NCBI GenBank assembly: GCA_964632485.1
Contig: CAZWDO010000003.1
Span: forward strand, 184,690-218,203
Reading direction: 5' to 3'
DNA from: an uncultured bacterium
GTDB lineage: Bacteria; JAGOEH01
Length of the DNA stretch: 33,514 bases
In this document: positions 18,363 to 27,400 of the stretch, in pieces
How positions within the stretch are numbered: position 1 is the first letter of the stretch
Layout: each line of letters begins with the position of its first letter
Notes under the pieces: generated by a model
Database searches by the model: none
Seen by the model: only the letters and a program-made list of their open reading frames with translations
What the model was told of the DNA's origin: nothing
Translations under genes and position numbers: made by a program

Positions 18363-20603
18363 ATGGATAAACACAACATGCAGGAACAAGACCTGTTGAT
18401 GGCGATCGCTGAGCCTGAAATTAATTTTGAAGATTACCTTGGCGTGATATTCCGCCGCAAACTTTTTATAATTATCACTTTTTTTTTAATATTTATTCCT
18501 TTTTTTTATATAGGGCTCATCCAGCCCTCATATTACTCGGCTACTCTGATTGCCATGCTGGATGACCAGCAAAAGGATGAAAGGATGAATCCCAGTCAAT
18601 TCATGTTCCGCAATCAAAACGCGCCCCAAAATGTAGGTTACTATAACCTGATTGTCCAAAGCGAACCCTTTAGAAAAGATTTAGCTGAGCGAATTCAGAT
18701 AGCGTTAAAAGAAGAAGAAAATTTAAATATCACTCCACAAAGAGCCGCTGAAATTGCCCATCTGCCTATGCAGTTTGAGCAATTGCAGGGAAGTTTTTTG
18801 CAGGGTTCGGAAGTGATTCAGAGCGCGTGTCAATTGCGAGCGACTGCCGGCGATCCCGTTATTGTATATCAGATTGTAAATGTGGGCTTTGAAGTGTTGC
18901 GCGATAAAGCGATTGCATTGGAGAATCAACGGGCCGATCAAATGTTGAAATATATAATCGAACAAAAGCAATTATTAGAAGAACAGATTATTGAGAATGA
19001 AAATGAAATTCAATTATTTCGAAATAAAACAGGAATTTCTGTGGGAGATGATTTAGCGGGAGTCGAACGGGAAGCGCAGAAACTACAAGTAGAGATGCTA
19101 AACGCCCGCACGACCTGGCAATTGGAAGAGGCCAAACAAAAGGCAATTGAAGAAGAATTGCAGGAATATGATTTGATGATTAATAAAAAATATAACGTCC
19201 GTATCAATTACGATACGCTGGCATTGAAGGGCCAATATGAAGAGTTGGTCAAGAAAAAAAATAAATATATGCAAAATCCCTCAGTTTTTAAAAAGGAGCT
19301 GGAACAAGTCGAAAGCCAGATTGCAGATATTACTAACCGGGCGGCCCGGCAAATCATTGGGCAGCTTTCGGGTGGGAACAATCCCTCCCTGCAATTAGAC
19401 GTAACCCATTACACCGAGTTAATCCGCAAACGCGACGAGTCTGTATTAACGATTAAAATGATGAAATTGCAGGAAAAATATTATCAACAGCTTTATGACC
19501 GCTATCGAGTCGCCAATCCCGAAGTTCTGCAGCAAAAAACCGAAATGGCGCGTCTAAGTCTAACCCGCAGTGTTCTCAACCGAGCTTATAATTTTTTTGT
19601 AGAACGCGAACAACAGGAAAAACTAACAACGATTTCCAATCGTACTGAACTCAAACTTATCAGTCCGGCCGATAAACCGAGCGCTCCCTTGCCGCGGACA
19701 ACAAAAAAATTCTGGTCAATCGGTTTTTTACTCGGTTTGGTTTTGAGTTTTTCTATGGCTTTTTTTATCGAGCTGTTTGATACGACTCTTAAGACTCCTG
19801 AAGACGTCAAGAAGCATTTATTAGTGCCAACGATGGGAATTATCCCCAAAATGATCGAAACGCTTCCCCAAGCTGCCGAGATGAATGTGGACCCCTATTT
19901 AATCACGTTTATCAAACCCAACCACCAGGTGAGTGAAGCGTACCGTACGTTACGGACCAATCTTGAGCATATCGATCCTTATCATAAGCTTAAATCGTTA
20001 CTGGTTACAAGTCCCTCTCCCTATGAGGGGAAAAGTATAAGTATTTCAAATTTATCGGTCCTTTTTGCCCAGAAAGATATGCGGGTTTTGTTGGTAGATT
20101 TGGATTTGCGAAAACCGAAGATTCATACTATATTCAATATGGATCGAAAGCCGGGTTTATTAGACGCGCTGGATCATCCTGAATTGGATTACCACCAGTA
20201 CATTCAGATTTCCCCTGTTCCGAACCTGCATGTTTTTACCGTTGGCGGGCAGGCGGATCGCCCGGCGGAGATACTTGGGTCCGATCGCTTCAAGAGTTTT
20301 TTCGAGACCCTTAAAAATGATTTTGATATCGTACTGGTTGATACGCCGCCGGTGAATGTAGTTACCGATGCCGCTTTGATCTCGACCTATGTGGATGGTG
20401 TGCTTCTCGTTATGGCGGCGCTTCAAACCAACAGAAACAGCGCCCGCTATTGCCTTGAGCTAATGAATCGGGTGAATGCAAATGTTTTGGGTATATTATT
20501 GAACAAAATCCTGATTTCAAAACGCTATGGATCTTATGGATACTATTATTACAAGCGTTATTATAAAAGTTACTATAGCTATTATCATACTTCCCCTGAC
20601 TAA
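18363..20603 (+). CDS. Polysaccharide co-polymerase / BY tyrosine autokinase (Wzc-like)
   Basis: Two TM helices flanking a long coiled-coil periplasmic region; SEAYRTLRTNL, Walker A TSPSPYEGKS, A' LVDLDLRKP, Walker B VLVDTPP; C-terminal Tyr cluster. Confidence 0.95.
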   Translation: MDKHNMQEQDLLMAIAEPEINFEDYLGVIFRRKLFIIITFFLIFIPFFYIGLIQPSYYSATLIAMLDDQQKDERMNPSQFMFRNQNAPQNVGYYNLIVQSEPFRKDLAERIQIALKEEENLNITPQRAAEIAHLPMQFEQLQGSFLQGSEVIQSACQLRATAGDPVIVYQIVNVGFEVLRDKAIALENQRADQMLKYIIEQKQLLEEQIIENENEIQLFRNKTGISVGDDLAGVEREAQKLQVEMLNARTTWQLEEAKQKAIEEELQEYDLMINKKYNVRINYDTLALKGQYEELVKKKNKYMQNPSVFKKELEQVESQIADITNRAARQIIGQLSGGNNPSLQLDVTHYTELIRKRDESVLTIKMMKLQEKYYQQLYDRYRVANPEVLQQKTEMARLSLTRSVLNRAYNFFVEREQQEKLTTISNRTELKLISPADKPSAPLPRTTKKFWSIGFLLGLVLSFSMAFFIELFDTTLKTPEDVKKHLLVPTMGIIPKMIETLPQAAEMNVDPYLITFIKPNHQVSEAYRTLRTNLEHIDPYHKLKSLLVTSPSPYEGKSISISNLSVLFAQKDMRVLLVDLDLRKPKIHTIFNMDRKPGLLDALDHPELDYHQYIQISPVPNLHVFTVGGQADRPAEILGSDRFKSFFETLKNDFDIVLVDTPPVNVVTDAALISTYVDGVLLVMAALQTNRNSARYCLELMNRVNANVLGILLNKILISKRYGSYGYYYYKRYYKSYYSYYHTSPD

Positions 20604-20623
20604 CAGATTAGTGAATTCAGTGA

Positions 20624-21447
20624 ATGGGTAGTAAACTTTATCGTAAATTCCGGACTATTGAAGAACGTCGTGGTTTTTATCTACTAAAGAATGTGCGGAA
20701 AGCGATCCTGGATTTCAAAATGGTTGAGCCGCATGATCGAATAGTGTTGGGGCTTTCGGGAGGAAAAGACAGTCTTACACTGTTGAAAATGCTGCTGCTT
20801 TTTCGCGATAAATATCAATATCCCTTCGAAATCGTTCCTTTACTGGTTATATCAGAAATTCAATCAGCAATTCGGCAAAATGTCCCGTCCTTGCGGAATT
20901 TTGTTTCAAGCTTGGGACTGGAGTTAATCGTCAAGGAAATCGAAATTAGTTTACCCGAAATTGAAAAACAAAAAAATCTTTGTTTTTATTGCAGTTGGCA
21001 CAGACGTATGACATTGTTTGCGGCGACTCGTGAATTTCAATGCAATAAAGTTGCATTGGGCCATCATGCCGATGATATTGCTGAGACTACCTTGATGAAT
21101 CTTTTTCTTCATGGACGAATCGAGCGTATGGAACCCAAGATGGAGTTCTTTGATGGTGAATTCAACCTGATCCGTCCATTAGCTTATCTTGATGAACGTG
21201 AGATAATATCGTATGCCAATGCGCTCGAAATAGAACTTGTTACCTGTACTTGCCCGTTGGGGCAGACGACAAAAAGGCATGTGATGAAGGAGTTTATTCG
21301 GCAAATGGAGCCCATGTTCCCAAAAATGAAGCTNNNNNNNNNNGGCTTGTATCATTAACAAAAATGAATCTGAATTTGTTCCGAGCATGCGTTAACCGAA
21401 CTTTTGCGCCGTTGCGCCAGAAACGGACACAGATGGAAGATAGTTAA
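20624..21447 (+). CDS. ttcA: TtcA-family tRNA 2-thiocytidine biosynthesis protein, interrupted by a scaffold gap; true stop probably 21447
   Basis: PP-loop SGGKDS, CFYC, ALGHHADD, LIRPLA, CTCP; the post-gap frame reads NLFRAC...MEDS*, a plausible family C-terminus. Confidence 0.8.
21334..21343. other. Assembly gap (10 N)
   Basis: Run of n characters. Confidence 0.99.
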
Positions 21448-21475
21448 CCCGTTTAAATGCAATAGTTCCGGGTTA
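21445..21475. terminator. Possible bidirectional stem between convergent ttcA and kdsA
   Basis: TAACCCG (21445-21451) / CGGGTTA (21469-21475); each arm contains one of the two stop codons; 17-nt loop; no clear U tract. Confidence 0.35.
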
Positions 21476-22327
21476 TTGACTCCCTGTTTCTGCATGATCA
21501 GCGGTTAGTGGGTCGGTTTTTTTATAGTTTTGGGCCATCCGGGAAATCGCGATCAACTGAGGAAGGAGTTCCATGCACTGTTCCAGCGAGAGAGTATTTA
21601 GGCCATCGGATAGCGCCAATTCGGGGTTGGGATGGATTTCCATAAAAAAGCCCTGCGCCGGAATGGCGGCAGCGGCGCGCGCCAAATAAGGAATCAAAGC
21701 CGCGTCGCCCCCTGATTTGCCGCCCAGAGATCCCGGACGTTGTACGCTATGTGTGGCGTCGAAAATAACCGGGTACCCCCAGCGCTGCATCCATACCAGC
21801 GAACGGTAATCGACCACCAGATTCTGGTAGCCGAAACTGGCGCCGCGTTCGGTCAATACGATTTGATGATTGCCAGCGCTTTCGACTTTGCGGATAATAT
21901 GAATCATGCTGTCGGGATCAAGAAATTGTCCTTTTTTAATATTGATGATTCGTCCGGTGCGACCCGCTGCCATAACCAGGTCTGTTTGACGACAAAGAAA
22001 AGCGGGGATTTGAATGATATCGGCGACTTCAGCTACCAGTTCGGCTTGTGAACATTCATGAATATCAGTGAGAATCGGTAAGTTAAAAAATTTTTTTACT
22101 CGAGTTAAAATTTTTAACCCCTCCTGCAACCCGGGTCCCCGGTAAGAGTCGATAGAATTCCGATTCGCTTTATCAAAAGAGGCTTTGAAAATGACTGGCA
22201 AAGGAGCAAGTTGGTCCCGGCACATAGCCACGAATCGGGCAATTTGGTCAACAATGACCTCGTTTTCGAGGGCGCAGGGGCCCAGTATGAAAAACGGTTG
22301 ATTTTGGTTTAATAGCTGATAATCCAT
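21473..22327 (-). CDS. kdsA: 3-deoxy-8-phosphooctulonate (KDO8P) synthase (start revised from 22402)
   Basis: GPCALE, KASFDKANR, QIPAFLCRQTD, NIKKGQF, ERGASFGY, FDATHSVQ, EIHPNP...SDG; GAAGG upstream of ATG 22327. Confidence 0.97.
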   Translation of the reverse strand: MDYQLLNQNQPFFILGPCALENEVIVDQIARFVAMCRDQLAPLPVIFKASFDKANRNSIDSYRGPGLQEGLKILTRVKKFFNLPILTDIHECSQAELVAEVADIIQIPAFLCRQTDLVMAAGRTGRIINIKKGQFLDPDSMIHIIRKVESAGNHQIVLTERGASFGYQNLVVDYRSLVWMQRWGYPVIFDATHSVQRPGSLGGKSGGDAALIPYLARAAAAIPAQGFFMEIHPNPELALSDGLNTLSLEQCMELLPQLIAISRMAQNYKKTDPLTADHAETGSQ

Positions 22328-22476
22328 AGCCACCTTCGGGTTGATGTTTGAATTTTGTATTTTTCTTGCGCAAATTTCATTTACGAACTCCACAACTGTC
22401 ATCGCTGGAAAAAATATGTCTTGACATCCAGTCTCGAGCCTTTTCGGGGAACATAATCCAGCCAGCCTTCTGTTTT

Positions 22477-22505
22477 ATTATATTCGGTTTGTGGCATAAA
22501 GTCAA
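22477..22505 (-). promoter_or_regulatory. Sigma-70 promoter for kdsA
   Basis: Minus strand TTGACT (22505-22500), 17-nt spacer, TATAAT (22482-22477). Confidence 0.75.
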
Positions 22506-22760
22506 TTAAAAAACAGAGTTTTTTAAAATATTTTTGAAAATAGGCTTGACATTTTATTAAAAAGTAATTATATATGTAAGCGCATGATAATAGGAAAGTC
22601 AAAAATATCTTAGTAGAAACAGAAGAATTTACATAGCAACGTAATATAAAATGTTTAGGTTAAGCTTTAGCTCGCAATAATAAGAAATGGAACCGTTCAC
22701 TATCTACAGGTGAAAGTCGAATGAATTTTGAATGGGCAGATAAAACTGAGGAGCGTGTGA

Positions 22761-24425
22761 ATGAAAATTGATCTTAAGCTTGATGGAACAGATTATAGCG
22801 TGAATGCCGGGATTAGCATTTTACAGTTGCTAAAAGATAAAGAAGCGTATAAAATTCCCCTGACACTGGCTGCCTGGGTGAATAACTGCGCGGTTTCCTT
22901 GAACTATTTATTAGCGCAGAATCATGAAACCATTGAGCTGATAACCGCTGATATGGCAGTTGGACGAGCCATTCATCGTCAAAGTGTTGCATTTTTGCTT
23001 AACCGTGTTATTTTTGATCTTTTCCGTAATTCACGCATTGTATTAGGCGCGGCTTTAGGCAACAGTTACTATTATGATTTTTATACTGATATTCCGGTTA
23101 ATGAGGAACTATTGAAAGAGATCGCTTTACAAATGCATTTACTCATAGAAAAAAATGAAATTTTCGAGAATTTTACACTATCCAAGGAAGAAGCGATTGA
23201 CTATTTTCGCAAACGCGGTTTTTACAATAAATTAAAATTAGTGGAGCAATTAGATCGGAAATACATCTCGATTTATTCCTGCGGTCCTTATAAGGATATT
23301 GATTTAGGGACATTGGCTCCTCATGCGGGGTATATTGGTAATTTTTGGTTGAAACGCTATAGTCGGGGTTTTATATTATATTATGGACCTGAGTCGGAAA
23401 AGGAACACTATTTAGTACAACTGGGTCGCAGAGCGAAGCTTTTTGCCGCTTTTATCGAAAGTAAACGCTGGGGGCAGATTATTGAGGTCAATAATGTCCA
23501 CCGTCTTAATGAGGTTATTTTAAGCCAGCGTATTCAGGATGTCGTTAATATTTGCGAAGGATTGCATGAGAAAAAAATCGGGCAGATTGCCGATCAGATA
23601 TTGTTGGGGAAAAACAAACAAAAAATTCGCTTAATCCTTATTTCAGGCCCATCTTCATCAGGGAAGACAACGTTTACCCAGCGACTGGCCATTCACCTGC
23701 GGATCAATGGCATCAAACCCATGTCGATCAGTTTGGATAACTACTATATTGACCGCGACAAAACGCCGCTTGACGAAAACGGCAATTACGATTTCGAAAA
23801 TATTGCCGCGCTGGACCTGCCGCTGTTGAACGAGCATTTGCAAGACCTGATCAACGGCAATGAAGTGGAGATGCCGTTATACGATTTCGAAACGGGTAAA
23901 CGCCGCTCAAAGACTAAAGTATTACGAATCGATGAATATCAACCGCTGATTTTGGAAGGGATTCACGCTTTGAATCCAGTATTGACATCCTCAATTTCGG
24001 ATTCATTTAAATTTAAAATTTACGTCAGCGCGCTCACTCCGTTAGCTATTGACGATTACAATCGCATCTCATCATCCGACAATCGGTTGTTAAGGCGGAT
24101 GGTTCGCGATTTTCACTTTCGTGGATACCGAGCAGAGGATACCATTGATCGTTGGCCATTGGTTCGCGCTGGTGAGGAGAAGTGGGTCTTTCCCTTCCAG
24201 GAAGAGGCCGATGTTCTTTTCAATTCCGCCCACCACTTTGAACTTTCACTATTAAAAATGGAAGCGGAACAACTTTTAAAGAAAATAGACACAAGTTTGC
24301 CTGCTCACCGGGTTGCCGTCCGTTTGCTTAGTTTTTTATCAATTTTCCAACCCATCGCGCCGGAGTACATCCCGGCCACTTCAATTTTACGCGAATTTGT
24401 CGGTGGGAGCTGTTTTAATTACTAA
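22761..24425 (+). CDS. Nucleoside/uridine kinase family protein with N-terminal TGS and ThrRS-N-like domains
   Basis: TGS-like N-terminus (LAAWVNN), ThrRS-like segment (SKEEAIDYF), P-loop GPSSSGKTT, LDNYY, EGIHALNP, RLLRRMVRD, GEEKWVFPFQE, SILREFVGGS; GAGGAG RBS. Confidence 0.88.
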   Translation: MKIDLKLDGTDYSVNAGISILQLLKDKEAYKIPLTLAAWVNNCAVSLNYLLAQNHETIELITADMAVGRAIHRQSVAFLLNRVIFDLFRNSRIVLGAALGNSYYYDFYTDIPVNEELLKEIALQMHLLIEKNEIFENFTLSKEEAIDYFRKRGFYNKLKLVEQLDRKYISIYSCGPYKDIDLGTLAPHAGYIGNFWLKRYSRGFILYYGPESEKEHYLVQLGRRAKLFAAFIESKRWGQIIEVNNVHRLNEVILSQRIQDVVNICEGLHEKKIGQIADQILLGKNKQKIRLILISGPSSSGKTTFTQRLAIHLRINGIKPMSISLDNYYIDRDKTPLDENGNYDFENIAALDLPLLNEHLQDLINGNEVEMPLYDFETGKRRSKTKVLRIDEYQPLILEGIHALNPVLTSSISDSFKFKIYVSALTPLAIDDYNRISSSDNRLLRRMVRDFHFRGYRAEDTIDRWPLVRAGEEKWVFPFQEEADVLFNSAHHFELSLLKMEAEQLLKKIDTSLPAHRVAVRLLSFLSIFQPIAPEYIPATSILREFVGGSCFNY

Positions 24426-24437
24426 TTCATTTTTTTT

Positions 24438-24453
24438 TGGCACGAAAAATGCA
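24438..24453 (+). promoter_or_regulatory. Sigma-54 (-24/-12) promoter for the giant secreted protein
   Basis: TGGCACGAAAAATGCA: GG-N10-GC spacing, close to consensus TGGCACG-N4-TTGCW, 45 nt upstream of ATG 24499. Confidence 0.7.
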
Positions 24454-24498
24454 GAATTTACACCTTGAGAACTTTCATCCCGCATTAAGGAGTTGAGC

Positions 24499-27400
24499 AT
24501 GAGAAAGATTTTTTATTTATTTTTTTTGGTATGTGTCTTGCTATTTTTTTCGCTTGCAAACGGACAGATCATTCTGCTGCAGGATTTAGGCACCGCATTG
24601 GAACATGGTCCCTATGACCAGATTATCCCCTTGAAAAATAGTGTTATAGCCGCCAATCATCGCGGTGTGGACATATATAACACATCCAATTTTGCAAATG
24701 CTACACTGGTTAGCTCAATAGCGACTACCGGACGCGTTTTGCAAATCCAGTATTCAATACCATGGCTGCTTATCCTCGATTCGATCAATACAGAGCAAAG
24801 CCGGTTATTTGTGTATAATATGACAAATCAGACGGCTCCGGTATTATTGGAAACTATCGAATCTGTTGGCCCGGTTAGAAAATTCAAATGGGAGAATCAA
24901 AAATTCTATCTGGGATATGATGATTCCCTTTCAATATATAATTACTATCCCTACGGGGGGACTCCGACTCGAGAGCATTCTCTATCTTATCCATCTTCGT
25001 GGGGCACGGAAAATACACGGGCTATTACAGATATCTATACTAATAACCATTTCGTATTTGTTCACACCAATGGCGGTATGGGAATTTGGGACGCTTGGGA
25101 TATGAATTCAACTAACGCTGTCACAATGACGAACCTGGGTTTGGGGAAAATCGCATCGAAAGCATTTTGTTTTGAATCTTTTAAATCGTTACAGTCCAAC
25201 ACGTTTTGGGGTTATGATATTAGCGGAATGATTCCAAATTCCTCTTCACTTCCTATATCAAACAAACCCAATTCCTTGTCTTTTTTTATGAAGGATATCC
25301 ATCATACCTCCCGGCAGTTATACGCGGCCATACACAACGAGGTGCTCGCTTATGAAATGGTACATCCTTTATTAGTAACGACACCGAACATTATAAATAC
25401 TTCAGATACTCTCTTAGCAATAGCCCGTCAGAATATCTATACCATCATCAGCAGTTACAATAACGGTCAATCACGGTTATTGGTAAATGAAGGGCAAAGT
25501 CCGGATCGGGAACATCCTGCGCCGTGCGACACGCTAATCATGAGCGAAAATATTATTGATCTGGACGGCAATAACCAACATTTTGTCGGTATCAGCGCCA
25601 ATAAGTTGTATCTGTTTACTATGACAGGCAACCAGGCTGTTTTGCTCGACCAGGCCAACCTGCCAACCGGATCCGGGAAACAAGTGGCTTTACGGGGTGC
25701 GCGGATTTTAGTAGCCGCCGGCGCTAGTGGATTGTACTCATTTTCAATCACCAACAATTTGTTGCAGGCCAATGGCCAGATACGCAGTGGCACTATCAAT
25801 ACTGTTACTATGAATGAACATTTAGCGGCTTATTTTATCCAGTCCACTAATCAATTTGTGGTGATGGATCATCTTTCACCTCAACAGCCAATACTTGGGA
25901 CTTATGCAATGAATGCGACAGTTAGCCATATCGCCCTAAACGAGCAATTCGCTTACGTTGCCAAGGGAACCAGCGGCTTAACGATTCTTGATTATACTGA
26001 CCTTCAGTCGATTTCCGTTGCAGGATCCATTGCTTGCCGCTCAGGAGAAAATTTTAATAAAGTATATGTTGAAAATGAACTCCTTTCCATCGCCGCTGGA
26101 AATTGCGTGCGGGTATTTTTAACACATAACCCATTGGATAATGAACAGATAGCCGCTTCAGGCGCGACAACGGGAGTTATTGATCTGGTGCCGGATTATA
26201 ATCTGTTCCATTATATCACGAATACTCGTTTTTGTCAAACTCTTCAGGTACTTACCAATGGTGTTGATTATTTGAATAAGGATTATCAGACCTATCGATA
26301 TCAATTGCCCCTGGTTAATGATACAGTCATCAGTTTTGCATTTCATGGAGACCGGTTTGTTGTCAGTCATACGAGTGGAAGTTTCGATGCCTGGGATCTG
26401 GACTATTCCAACCCCCTGGATGGAAGAGCAATCATCCATCCTCCAACTCCAGTGCATGACGAATCCTACATCGAACAATACGGCGATTTTAGTGAAATGG
26501 CGCCGTTAAATAACTATCTCTTGCTGACAGCCAATAACTGCGTATTGGGTAACCAGTTGTTGCTGTTTGATATGACGAATCCCAATCAGCCGATAAATAC
26601 TGAAACCATACAGTTAGCCGGTGAATTGACCGATATTAACACCTACAATGAAGCTTATGTCTATGGAAAGCAGGATGAATCAATTTTAGTGTTCCAACTT
26701 TCAGGCAATCAATTGAATCAGGTCGGAACGATTGGTCCTTTAGCCGGTCTGGTCTCGGCCAGAGTTTTCCAAAATTCGCTGATTGCCGGATGTGAAGATT
26801 CGCTTGTATGTTACCGTATTGATCAAAATCCAGCGGTTCCTCAACGGACTGATTCGCGAATTGTTCAGGGGAAGGTCGAGCAATTAGCGACTACCAATCA
26901 GGGAGTGTTTTATTTAAACAATAATCATAATATTTTAAAAGTCACCTGTCAATCCTATCTGTTTACCAATGAAGAGCAGGTGGTCGGTGGGAATGGCGTG
27001 GAATACATTAACGCGCATGAAGACATGCTATATTTTTTTACGCAGAATGCGCACATCTATCGTTTTAATGCGGCAACTCAGGAAGCCGCCCAGTTTCTCT
27101 CCGATCAAACAGATCGGCAGAATTTGAGCTTTGCCGGACAATTAATGATTGTTCACCGGGGTGACAAGGGATATCGTATTTTCAACATTAGCCAAGCAAC
27201 ACCCCAATTAATAGAAGATCACAATGGATATAATGAATCGTCAACCTCAGCTTTTTTTAATCAACGCAATTTATTGGTCATGAACGAGAAAAACTCATTG
27301 CATTTTTATGGGGTTAATAATGACAACCATGCTCCAGTTTTTAACAACATGCCTGCTACAATGGTAACTCTCATGGCTCGAACGGATTATGCGTTGGATA

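Noticed and set aside
21334-21358. ttcA frameshift or pseudogene with stop at 21358
   Set aside because: The frame change coincides with a placeholder N gap of arbitrary length.
22546-22574. Sigma-70 promoter for the kinase gene at TTGACA 22546-22551
   Set aside because: The hexamer at 17-nt spacing (TATATA) lacks the conserved final T; plausible but not supported enough to list.
23787-23892. Direct repeat TACGATTTCGAAA in the kinase gene
   Set aside because: Explained by two in-frame YDFE peptides; not a mobile-element footprint.
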